From Thermoplasmatales archaeon SW_10_69_26 (GTDB lineage: Archaea > Thermoplasmatota > SW-10-69-26): DNA of 64,000 bases. Below, in pieces: positions 27,702 to 36,678 of this stretch (its first letter is position 1; each line of letters starts with the position of its first letter). The notes under the pieces are model-generated. The model was not told the DNA's origin. It saw only the letters and a list, made by a program, of their open reading frames with translations, and searched no databases. The position numbers and the translations under genes are program-made. The stretch spans positions 32,001 through 96,000 of the forward strand of contig PXUB01000038.1 of the NCBI GenBank assembly GCA_003009755.1, written 5' to 3'.

Positions 27702-28499
27702 CCGCTGTCATGGTAAGCGGGTGGACGGGTCTTGGTTGAACAGCCAGGCGAACGCCTGAGCCCACGCCTCGACCTCGTCTCTCGAGGCGTTGGCCGGCCA
27801 GCGTCTGCGGAACGGGCCGATCCGCTCTTTGAGCAGGCCAAACCAGGTTTCCACGGTGTTGCGGACCCCGCCCGCGGTGACCTGCCACGCCAAGCCCAGC
27901 ACGTTGAGCGGCCAGGGGTACCACACGCCCCGGTCGACGTGGATCGCCGGCCGGTTGTCACACCGGGCCAACACGCCCTTCACAAAGCCCAGGGCCTCCA
28001 CGCTGCTGCGGCCCTGAGTGAGGGCGACGTGGACGAGTTGCTGGGTATCAGGGTCGACGGCGGCCCACAGGAACAGCTCGGTGAGATGATCGCCGGCATC
28101 CTTGTCGCACTCCTCGGGCCACTCGGATCGGGGTTGCTCGATGGGCAGACTGGTCTCGTCAATGACCAGCCGCTCGTGGCGTTGGACGGATTGCTCGCGG
28201 AACAGGTGGCTGGCGCGGCGGTACCAGGCGCTGATCGGGTTGTACGTGACCGGTTCAGCAAGCAGCGACACCAGTTGGCTGGTTCGCCGGCAGCTTAGGC
28301 CCGCGTGGTGCAGCAACAGGCTGAGGGCGCGGGTTCGGGGTTGCTTGCGGTCACGGTCGAAGATGTCTTCTTGGGTGAGGCGCTGGGTGAGCGTGCCGAG
28401 CAGGGCGTCGTTTTGGTGGAACACAACGGGCCCTGCTCGATGTTCTTCCTCGTTGTTGTGGTTCGTGTTCGGGTGGCTCCCCGCTTAACTAGACAGTCC
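27702..28499 (-). mobile_element. IS6-family insertion sequence (haloarchaeal type)
   Basis: Imperfect TIRs CTGTCatGgTAAGCGGG (27705-27721) and CTGTCtaGtTAAGCGGG (rc of 28480-28496); transposase stop codon lies inside the TIR. Confidence 0.8.
27708..28424 (-). CDS. IS6-family DDE transposase
   Basis: LVIDET, LWAAVDPDT, HVDRGVWY, RNTVETWFGLLKER. Confidence 0.85.
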   Translation of the reverse strand: MFHQNDALLGTLTQRLTQEDIFDRDRKQPRTRALSLLLHHAGLSCRRTSQLVSLLAEPVTYNPISAWYRRASHLFREQSVQRHERLVIDETSLPIEQPRSEWPEECDKDAGDHLTELFLWAAVDPDTQQLVHVALTQGRSSVEALGFVKGVLARCDNRPAIHVDRGVWYPWPLNVLGLAWQVTAGGVRNTVETWFGLLKERIGPFRRRWPANASRDEVEAWAQAFAWLFNQDPSTRLP

Positions 28500-28527
28500 G
28501 TGGGAGTCCGCTAGGAACATTTAAGTC

Positions 28528-30105
28528 ATGGTCCGAGGACGACAGGCTATGCCGCGGATGTCTCTCGGCATCGTGGCGGCCTTGGTCCTTCTCCCAGGTT
28601 CGTCGATTCAGGCCGTGGCCTTTGGTATTTCTCCGGATGTAAACCCGGGCCAGGCAGCTGTAGAGATAGAAGAGGATCTGGCCCTGGCTCCCCGCGGAAG
28701 TATTGTGATTGAGGGCGACGAAGACTTTGAAGAGCGAACCGAGATCAGCGGCGTCCGTGGTGGGACCGGAAGCCCTGACGATCCCTATGTCATCAGTAAC
28801 TGGACGATCGCATCCACTGGTAGTGTTGGTATTCAACTCCGAGACACCAGTGCCCATGTTGTGATCCAAGATATCTTAGTCTCAGGCACTCCGCCAGCAA
28901 CCTATGGGATCCATCTGGAAGGGGCAGAGAATGTAACTATCCGGGATGTCCACATCGCGAGAACAAGCACGTTCCACACTCCCTTGGATGACATTCGAAC
29001 TGGGATCATGGTCGAAGACTCCTCGAATGTGAAAATCGAGCGGAGCCAGATAGCGCCCCTCAGCACGGACCGCAGCCGCGCCTTCGTAATTGGATTGAGG
29101 GTGATGGATAGCACCCAGGTTGTTACCGAGAACGTGAGTATTGAGGCCGCTCGGACTCCCATTTCGGTCCAGCGGTCTTCGGCTCTTCGTGTAGCGTCAA
29201 GTACTCTGGCGGAGGATCCTGAAGAGCTTGTCGGGGATACGACAGTGTATCTCTTCCGTCCGGAGAACGTGACATTTGAGGAAGTTCTCTTTGACGGGGT
29301 TGGGTTGGATACTGAAGATACCACCAATCTCACATTCAGGCGAAACGTAATTGCTGCTGACTCGGGTCGCGCTGGCGAGGTCTTCTCAAATCCGTTGGAA
29401 AGCGGAATCTCTTCGTTCGGGAAAGCCCAATCCATCGAGATTTGTGGGAGTGTCTTTAAGGATTTGACATTCGAGGCTGTGGCGATCGAAGGAGCGAACA
29501 TAGAGATCCGCGGTAATCAGTTCCTAAACAATACAGACGCGCTTTCGATTCGGTCGTTTAGCGGAGGGGCTGAGATCCTACGCAATGAGTTCAAGGCCGT
29601 TGACCAGAACCTGGATCTCAAGTCCCCTGCTGCTCAAGTCCACGAGAACTCTTTCCCGGAGGACGCTTTCGACTCCTCTTTGTTTGTCAACGATACCAAC
29701 GCCTCAGGGAATTGGTGGGGCCACCCGAGCGGGCCGTCGGTCGAGGGGGAGTCTGAGTCGGGTGAAGGCCATCCTGTACATATCCTCTCGGCGAATGTCA
29801 CGTTCGCTCCAAACTTGACGGCCGAACCCGAAACCGGGCCCTCATCGGTCGATTGTGGTGGCCACGAAGGTCCTGTTGGTGTCCAGGCCAAGCCGAATCT
29901 GGTAGCCAGTGCCCGCGCTGGGGTGCATCTCTCCTCCAACCTAAACGAGAAGGTGGGCTCGGTCCACCTCAAGGCGAAGGCCAAGGTATCGACGGATGCA
30001 GAAACGTTCGAGGTATCGATACCCGAGCAGACACCGTCTCCGCTTAGCGAGGGGGCGGAGACGCGACCGGACGCTCGTGGAAGCCTTCAAGATCGAGGGC
30101 GATGA
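28528..30105 (+). CDS. Secreted right-handed beta-helix (NosD/CASH-like) protein, first module
   Basis: Signal peptide, GGTGSPDDPYVIS, parallel beta-helix repeats, NASGNWWG; lower GC. Confidence 0.75.
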   Translation: MVRGRQAMPRMSLGIVAALVLLPGSSIQAVAFGISPDVNPGQAAVEIEEDLALAPRGSIVIEGDEDFEERTEISGVRGGTGSPDDPYVISNWTIASTGSVGIQLRDTSAHVVIQDILVSGTPPATYGIHLEGAENVTIRDVHIARTSTFHTPLDDIRTGIMVEDSSNVKIERSQIAPLSTDRSRAFVIGLRVMDSTQVVTENVSIEAARTPISVQRSSALRVASSTLAEDPEELVGDTTVYLFRPENVTFEEVLFDGVGLDTEDTTNLTFRRNVIAADSGRAGEVFSNPLESGISSFGKAQSIEICGSVFKDLTFEAVAIEGANIEIRGNQFLNNTDALSIRSFSGGAEILRNEFKAVDQNLDLKSPAAQVHENSFPEDAFDSSLFVNDTNASGNWWGHPSGPSVEGESESGEGHPVHILSANVTFAPNLTAEPETGPSSVDCGGHEGPVGVQAKPNLVASARAGVHLSSNLNEKVGSVHLKAKAKVSTDAETFEVSIPEQTPSPLSEGAETRPDARGSLQDRGR

Positions 30106-31456
30106 AGAGTTAGCTAAGCATCCGGCAGTGCGTGGAGGCGATGGCTCACCTGATGATCCCTATCGCATTTCCGATCTACTCGTGATCCAGGACCAGGTGT
30201 ACGGGCTATGGTTGGCGAACGTGACCAGCCACGTCGTGATCCAAAACGTGATCGTTGATGGATCCAAGCTGGCGACGACAGAGACTGTTCGGTGTACGAC
30301 AGACACTGGGGATTGCGGGTTAACGCGGGGGCTTTTCCTGAATAACGTGACAGATGCTACGGTCCGAGATGTTCGATTAGAGGACCAGTTCTGGGGGGTC
30401 CTCGTATCCGAGTCGGGTTCGGTGAATATGAAGCGAGTCGAGCTGGGTTTTCCTGCCACGCGAACCCTCAACCCTCTCTCGAACGAGACGGCGACGGCTA
30501 CCACCTTTACTCGGGGATTCGATGTCTCTAATACGGGAGAACTGGCCCTGGAGAACGTGACTATCGGTGATGCTAGGGTTACATTCTCGGCTCGAAACAT
30601 GGAACGGTTAGAGCTGACGAACACAGAGTTCAACGGTCGCTCGTCGGAAGCTATCGTTCAAAATGTTAGGGAAGTTGAGGTCTCACAGTCGGTATTCTCG
30701 AAGGTCCAGCTCTTGGTGGAGGAGCAGTCTGAAAACGTGACGATCGTTGGGAGTAAGTTCGCGGAGTCTCCTGGGGTCGCGATGCGCGTCCACGCACGTA
30801 CCGATGCGCCCTCGGTGGAGTTGATCCGTGTATGCGGGTCCTTCATTCAAAAATCTACAGGGAACGAAGCTCTTGATCTCTCCCGAACCAAACGGGTGGA
30901 GGTAATCGGCGCAACGTTCGAGGACACTGGGGGAGGGATACAAGCCCCGGACGCTAGCGAAGGGATCGAGGTGCGTCACTCGTCGATCACAAACACCTCC
31001 GGACCAGGGCTATTGCTTAAAGGATCAGGTATGGAGGTTCACAACAACTCAATCGCAGGTAACGGCGATGCGAGCATACTAGAGGCTCACGAATGGGGAA
31101 ACGCCTCTCACAACTGGTGGGGTGATCCAGATGGGCCGGACATCAAGTTCGAGGAAGGGCCGGGTGATGGGGACGATCTCTGGCCTCCTGTGAATGTCAC
31201 TTTCCGTCCCTTCCTGTCTGGGCCACCGGAGACGGGCCCGTCGGCGGTGGATTGCAGGGGTTCGGGGACTGATCCTGGCGTGAAGGCTGAGCCGTCGATT
31301 CCTGTCGCCGCCCACGCGGGAGTAGGTATCGAGCATACCGTGAATGTCAATGAGAAGATCGCCGACCGCCGCGTGAAGGAGAAGGCCAAAGTGAAGGCGG
31401 AGGCCGAGGCCAGTATCGGCCCGGTCGCGATCCCCACGGATCCGCTCCCCGAGTGA
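30086..31456 (+). pseudogene. Second beta-helix module, probably the frameshifted continuation of 28528-30085
   Basis: Paralogous to the first module, no signal peptide; removing one C at about 30085 joins the frames as ARGSFKIEGDE. Confidence 0.65.
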
Positions 31457-31720
31457 TCTGGCATATCTAGCCCTGGAGGACACCGGGGCCTCCTTCCCCG
31501 ATTTCTTTCTCTGATCAGGCAGGTGTCTCGTCTTCTGTTCCTCTGCCTTCTTTTCTACCACCTCCCCCCTCCAAGTTAGCCTCTGTGCCTAGCGGTCACG
31601 AGGTACGCGCAGGATCACCGCAACCCCTCGCTCGAGGGACCCCCGGGCTCGACCACAGGCTTCGGGTTCCTCTGGGGCAACGGTGAGACGACCGATCAAG
31701 CGCGAACGGGCCTGCAAGGG

Positions 31721-32305
31721 GTGAACCTGGGCCCCGGTGACACCGACGTCACCGGCTTCGGCGCGACCGCGTCGGTCGGCCTGGACCCGTTGAACCCCGA
31801 CGGGGCCTATGCGGATAGCCCTGTCGGCTCTGCAGGCGCGACCGTGGGCGCTGTTCCCATCGAAGCCGTGGACGAGGTCGTGTACCACTACAACGTGCCG
31901 AACCCGATCTCGGACCCCGATGGGGGTATCATCCAGACGTACATCTACGTGCAGAACGAGCCAGGCGCGACGACCTTCGGGTCCAGTCCGATCACCGATC
32001 CTTTCGACCCTTCGCAGTTCTCGTGCCTGATCTTCGCCACCGAAGTCCCCCTCGAACAGACGGACGGCTGGCAGAGCTTCACCGTGGACGACGACACGCC
32101 GATGCACGACGGCGGTGGGGTCTGCGCCGGTAGCGAGGATGCTCCCACGACGTTCGGGGAGTACAAGGACGCGAACGCAGAGAAGACGCTGCAGACGACG
32201 ATCGTCCAGACCCGCTCGGAGCCCGGGTCCACCTGGGAGGCCGGGAACCCCGTGTTCGTCGACGACGTGAGCGCCACCCTCGACCCGAGCCAGCTCGTCG
32301 GCTGA
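31721..32305 (+). CDS. Hypothetical protein, probably a 5'-truncated remnant
   Basis: Frame is open from 31580 without a clear start; high-GC codon usage resumes at about 31600. Confidence 0.45.
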   Translation: MNLGPGDTDVTGFGATASVGLDPLNPDGAYADSPVGSAGATVGAVPIEAVDEVVYHYNVPNPISDPDGGIIQTYIYVQNEPGATTFGSSPITDPFDPSQFSCLIFATEVPLEQTDGWQSFTVDDDTPMHDGGGVCAGSEDAPTTFGEYKDANAEKTLQTTIVQTRSEPGSTWEAGNPVFVDDVSATLDPSQLVG

Positions 32306-32678
32306 GGTCCGAGCCCCTGCCCTTCATCGAGCGGGGGGCCGACGGGCCCGGGGCAAGGAGGCCTCGACCGGGCCGAGGCATCCGCGTCGTCAGCCCGGTG
32401 CCTGGCGTGGCGGTGGATGCGGCCCGGGCAAGGGCCCTCGCGGTCGGCCTCCCCGGTCGGCCTGGGATCCCGGCGCTGGCGCAGCCTCGGAATCGACGGA
32501 GGCGACGCGGTCGGCCCCGATCCGATCCGTCCCCGAGGCATCGCCGGAGTGCTTCACGACCAGCCCGGACCGGCCTGGGTCCGGCCCTCTATGGTCGAGG
32601 CCCACCTGCCAACCGGTGAGGGAACGGCGCGGTCCGAGGCTTTTTCGTCCCCGTCCCCATGCGGGGACGAGAACCGCC

Positions 32679-34061
32679 ATGACAGATGACACCGACCTCC
32701 TCGTCGTCGGGGGCGGGCCCGGCGGCTACCACGCCGCGATCCGCGCCGCCCAACTGGGCCTCGACGTGACCTGCGTCGACAAGGGCTCCTTCGGCGGGGT
32801 CTGCCTGCACTGGGGTTGCATCCCGTCCAAGGGCCTCATCGGGATGGGCAAGCTCGTCGACGAGATCCGCGAGTGGAGCGAACGCGGCCTCGAGGCGAGC
32901 GACCTCGAGGTCGACCTGGCCGAGACCCAGGAGTGGAAGCAGGGCCAGATCGACCAGCTGGCCCGCGGCGTCAAGCACCTGATGAGCAGCCGCGGCGTCG
33001 ACGTCCGCGAAGGCACCGTCCGCCTGACCGGCGAGAACGAGGCCACGATCGACGGTGAACCGATCACGTTCGACCAGGCCCTCATCGCCACCGGCTCCAG
33101 CCCGATCGAGCTGCCCCACATCCCCTTCGACGGCGAGACGGTGCTCGGCTCGCGCGAAGCGCTGGCGCTCGAGGAACCACCCGAGTCCCTGGCCGTCATC
33201 GGCGGCGGCTTCATCGGGCTCGAGATCGGTCAGTTCTACGAGCAGCTCGGGGCCGACGTCACCGTGGTCGAGATGCTGGACTCGGTCCTCCCCACCGCGG
33301 ACGACGACCTCGGTGAGGAGCTGGGCCGCCAGCTCACCAAGCGCGGCCTCACCGTCCACACCCAGACCGAAGCCACCGACGCCGACGTCAGCGACGATGG
33401 CGTCCGCCTGAGCCTCGACGGCCCCAAGGCCGAACAGCTCGAGGCCGAGAAGCTGCTCGTCGCCGTCGGCCGCCAACCCAACACCGAAGGCATCGGCCTG
33501 GCCAAGGCCGGCGTCGAGACCGAGGACAGCGGCCACATCGCGGTCGACGACCAGATGCGCACGAGCAACGACGACATCTTCGCCATCGGCGACACCGTGC
33601 CCGGGCCCGCGTTGGCGCACAAGGCCAGCCACGAGGGCATCCACGCCGCCGCCGTCGCGGCCGGCCAGGACCACGTCGTCGTCGACTACCGCGCCATCCC
33701 GTGGTTCTGCTACACCACGCCCGAGGTCGCCGGCGTCGGCCTCACCGAGGAGGAAGCCCGCAGCCAGCACGAGGACCCGATCGTCGAGCAGTTCCCCTTC
33801 GCCGCGCTCGGCAAGGCCAAGATGAGCGGCCACACCGACGGCTGGGCCAAGGTCATCGCCCGGCAGGACGGCGCGCTGCTCGGCGTCCAGCTCGTCGGGC
33901 CCGACGCCACGAACCTCGTCGCCGAGCCCGCGCTCGCGATCGAGATGGGCGCCACGCTGACCGACGTGGCCGAGACCGTGCACGCCCACCCGACGCTGGC
34001 GGAAGTGTTCCTCGAGGCCGCCGAGGCCGCCCAGGGTCACCCGGTCCACGTCTCCAAGTAG
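32679..34061 (+). CDS. lpdA: Dihydrolipoyl dehydrogenase E3
   Basis: GGGPGGY, GGVCLHWGCIPSK, HAHPTLAE. Confidence 0.95.
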   Translation: MTDDTDLLVVGGGPGGYHAAIRAAQLGLDVTCVDKGSFGGVCLHWGCIPSKGLIGMGKLVDEIREWSERGLEASDLEVDLAETQEWKQGQIDQLARGVKHLMSSRGVDVREGTVRLTGENEATIDGEPITFDQALIATGSSPIELPHIPFDGETVLGSREALALEEPPESLAVIGGGFIGLEIGQFYEQLGADVTVVEMLDSVLPTADDDLGEELGRQLTKRGLTVHTQTEATDADVSDDGVRLSLDGPKAEQLEAEKLLVAVGRQPNTEGIGLAKAGVETEDSGHIAVDDQMRTSNDDIFAIGDTVPGPALAHKASHEGIHAAAVAAGQDHVVVDYRAIPWFCYTTPEVAGVGLTEEEARSQHEDPIVEQFPFAALGKAKMSGHTDGWAKVIARQDGALLGVQLVGPDATNLVAEPALAIEMGATLTDVAETVHAHPTLAEVFLEAAEAAQGHPVHVSK

Positions 34062-34291
34062 ATCGTCTCGCCCGCCTGACGACGTCTCCCTCGGCCACGT
34101 GGGTCCGAGGGAGTCCTCCCAGCTTGTCGCCCCGGTCTGGTTATCGGGAGGGAACGCCCGATCGAGCCAGGCTGGTTCGAGCTCCCGTGAGGGTCTGGAT
34201 GATCATCGACGGAGCCTGGCCGACGTCTCGTCCCTCTTCCCGGGTGGGCCTCCCGGCTGGGCGCTTGCTTTCGGGGGGCGAAACCCAATGC

Positions 34292-35281
34292 TTACATAAG
34301 GCGGGGCTGTCGCATGCAACGAGTCCGCCATGCCCGGCACGAACATCTGCGAGAAGTGCGGTCAACGCCGCAAGTCCGAGCGCCACGACTGCACGCCCTC
34401 CGCCGTCGAGAAGCAAGAGCGCATCGAGGAGAAGTTCGGCAACCTCCCCTCGGACCTCGGCGAGCCCGAAGACAACGAGTGACGATCCGGCCGTCGGGCG
34501 CCGCCGGTCGCCGGCGGGCCCGTCCACCGTACATCGGGTGCTCGTCGGGCTGACCCGCGCCGGCGCCCGCCTGCTTTTGCATCATCCGCAGCGTCCGCTC
34601 GATGTTCTCGGCCTCCGTGTACAGCGGCTTGACCTCGATGTCGACGTGATCGAGCAGATCGTCGACCGCCTCGATCACGCGCGCCGCGGCCCGCGCGTCC
34701 GGGTAGTTCGGATTGGCCTCGGCCAGCAGGCTCAGGCTGGGCATGTCTTCTCGCTTGCCCAGCGAGAGCAGCACGCCGCTGACACCCGTGATGATGCCGT
34801 TCGAGAACGTCTGGAGGTCGGCGGCGTCGAGCTTGTCCCGCAGCTCGCTCGTCGACGCGAGCCCGTACACCTCGACGTCCTCGTCCTCCTCGTCCGTCTC
34901 CTCGTCGGTCACCAGTCCCTCCGGCGAGACGACGAGCTGGCTGTCGTGCTCGAGCGCGAAGTCCAGGATCGTCTCCGCGATCGGCCGCACGAGGTGCTTG
35001 TCCGGCTGGAACTCGGACACGAACACGCACACCTGCTCGCTGGCGTAGATCCGCACCGGGAACATCGGCTCCCCGTCGCGCACGATCGACACCGTCGGGA
35101 ACGCCGGCGCGTCCAGGATGCCCACCTGCTCGAGGTCCAGCAGATCGATCAGGTAGTTGGCGCAGATCGTGGACACCAACCCGACCGAGGGGAACCCGTC
35201 GACGACGGCCGCCCCCGAGAGATCGACGTCCTCGTACAGATGCACGTCCAGGTCCACGCCCCGGTTCCCGTCCGATGCCAT
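34292..35281 (-). CDS. PAC2-family proteasome assembly chaperone (PbaA/PbaB-like); expected stop at 34523-34525 reads GGA
   Basis: VDGFPSVGLV, GVSGVLL, YPDARAAA, HPMYG. Confidence 0.85.
   Translation of the reverse strand: MASDGNRGVDLDVHLYEDVDLSGAAVVDGFPSVGLVSTICANYLIDLLDLEQVGILDAPAFPTVSIVRDGEPMFPVRIYASEQVCVFVSEFQPDKHLVRPIAETILDFALEHDSQLVVSPEGLVTDEETDEEDEDVEVYGLASTSELRDKLDAADLQTFSNGIITGVSGVLLSLGKREDMPSLSLLAEANPNYPDARAAARVIEAVDDLLDHVDIEVKPLYTEAENIERTLRMMQKQAGAGAGQPDEHPMYGGRARRRPAAPDGRIVTRCLRARRGPRGGCRTSPRCALASRRRRACSRGARTCGVDRTSRRCSCRAWRTRCMRQPRLM
34330..34482 (+). CDS. 50-aa Zn-finger-like micro-protein
   Basis: MPGTNICEKCGQRRKSERHDCTP...; AT-rich box CTTACATAAG about 30 nt upstream; below the ORF-track length cutoff. 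Confidence 0.6.
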   Translation: MPGTNICEKCGQRRKSERHDCTPSAVEKQERIEEKFGNLPSDLGEPEDNE

Positions 35282-35451
35282 ACCCCCGGCACGCCCGCCG
35301 CCGTACTTCAACGGCCAGGGTTCGGGACCCCATCCCTGTCGCCTGCAACCCCCGACCGATAGCAGGGAAACCTTTTTGCCCTCGTAGTCTCAGTCGGCGG
35401 TCGGCAAAGGTTACCCCGGGACGCACGCCCGCGTCCCACCCAACGATCAGC

Positions 35452-36345
35452 ATGGCGCAGCTCTCGCTCGTCCCGTTCTCCACCGACGACGCCTTCTACG
35501 GGGCCCTCAAGGCCCACGTCTACGGCACCGTGTACGATACGGTGCTGGAGGCGTTGCGCAGCGGCAACACTCAGCCGCTGCGGATGGCACAGAACGGCAG
35601 CGAGGGTCTCAGCGTCAAGATCGGTCGCTTCACTGCGCGCAAGGCCAACAACCTGTTCGTGCCCGACGGCGGCCCGGCCAACGCCAGCGCCGAGTTCTTC
35701 GGGTTCACGAGCCACAAGGTCCGCGAGAAGCTGTCCGAGCTGGCCGACACGGACACGATCGAGAAGGTCGGCCGCGGTCTGCGCGACGCCAAGGAGTACA
35801 ACTGGAACGAGACGATCGAGAAGTACCAGCTGTGCTCGTATTTGGCCTTCCGCAAGGCCACCGGCTCCGACACCTCGCTCGCGCTCGAAGCCTACCGCAT
35901 CCTGCAGACCTTCGGCGAGGACGCCTTCGAAGCCAACGACTTCATCGAGGTCTACCAGCACGTTCACGAGGAGGAGTACTCCCAATCGCGCTGGGGCAAG
36001 CGCAAGTTCAAGGAGATCGCCGAGTCCTACGACTACAAGACCTACATCAAGGACCGGCTGAAGGCGCTGGCCGAACGCGACCTCGTCCGCGTGGACCGCC
36101 AGGAGGGCACCTTCGAGCTCACCCGCGAGGGCGAGGACGTGGCCCACCACTTCGGTCTCTTCATCGACGAGGTCCCCTACAAGGCCTCGTGGAATATGTG
36201 TCAAGACTGCCCGGCACGCTCGCTGTGCTGGGATCTCCAAGTCACGGACCTGGTCCTGGACGCGATCCGGGGCGAACCGGTCGGTCCCCCAGAGGACCAC
36301 GGGGCCGGGCCGATGACGAGCGGCTCCAACAACGGCGCTGGGTAA
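35452..36345 (+). CDS. Hypothetical winged-helix protein with a CxxC-x5-C motif
   Basis: LKALAERDLV...TFELTREG wHTH-like segment; CQDCPARSLC. Confidence 0.65.
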   Translation: MAQLSLVPFSTDDAFYGALKAHVYGTVYDTVLEALRSGNTQPLRMAQNGSEGLSVKIGRFTARKANNLFVPDGGPANASAEFFGFTSHKVREKLSELADTDTIEKVGRGLRDAKEYNWNETIEKYQLCSYLAFRKATGSDTSLALEAYRILQTFGEDAFEANDFIEVYQHVHEEEYSQSRWGKRKFKEIAESYDYKTYIKDRLKALAERDLVRVDRQEGTFELTREGEDVAHHFGLFIDEVPYKASWNMCQDCPARSLCWDLQVTDLVLDAIRGEPVGPPEDHGAGPMTSGSNNGAG

Positions 36346-36678
36346 CCTTTGCCACAACGCTCAGCTGCGCCCACGGAGCCGTCGCCCGGAGGGGCCGTCC
36401 CTCCGGGCCATCCTTCCTCTTTCCGTCGCGGACGTGCACCGTCTGCGTCGGCATCCCCGCGAGCAACCCCTCCGGCGTCGTCGCCGAGGGCAGCCTGAGG
36501 CCTCCACCGTCCTGCTCTCGTCGCCGACCTCGATCCCGTCCCCGACCGGAAAGGGCTGCTCGAAGGGCATCGAGGCCCCCGCGATCAGGGTCTCGCCGAA
36601 CCGCTGGGCCGCCAACCCACGACGACGCCGCCCACCCCCGTTCGACATCCTTTTGCCCCGGGCCCGGCTTGCCAGCAC

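Noticed and set aside
35452-36345. Cas4/AddB nuclease call
   Set aside because: The Cys spacing fits but no PD-(D/E)xK catalytic motif is recognisable; kept only as an Fe-S/wHTH hypothesis
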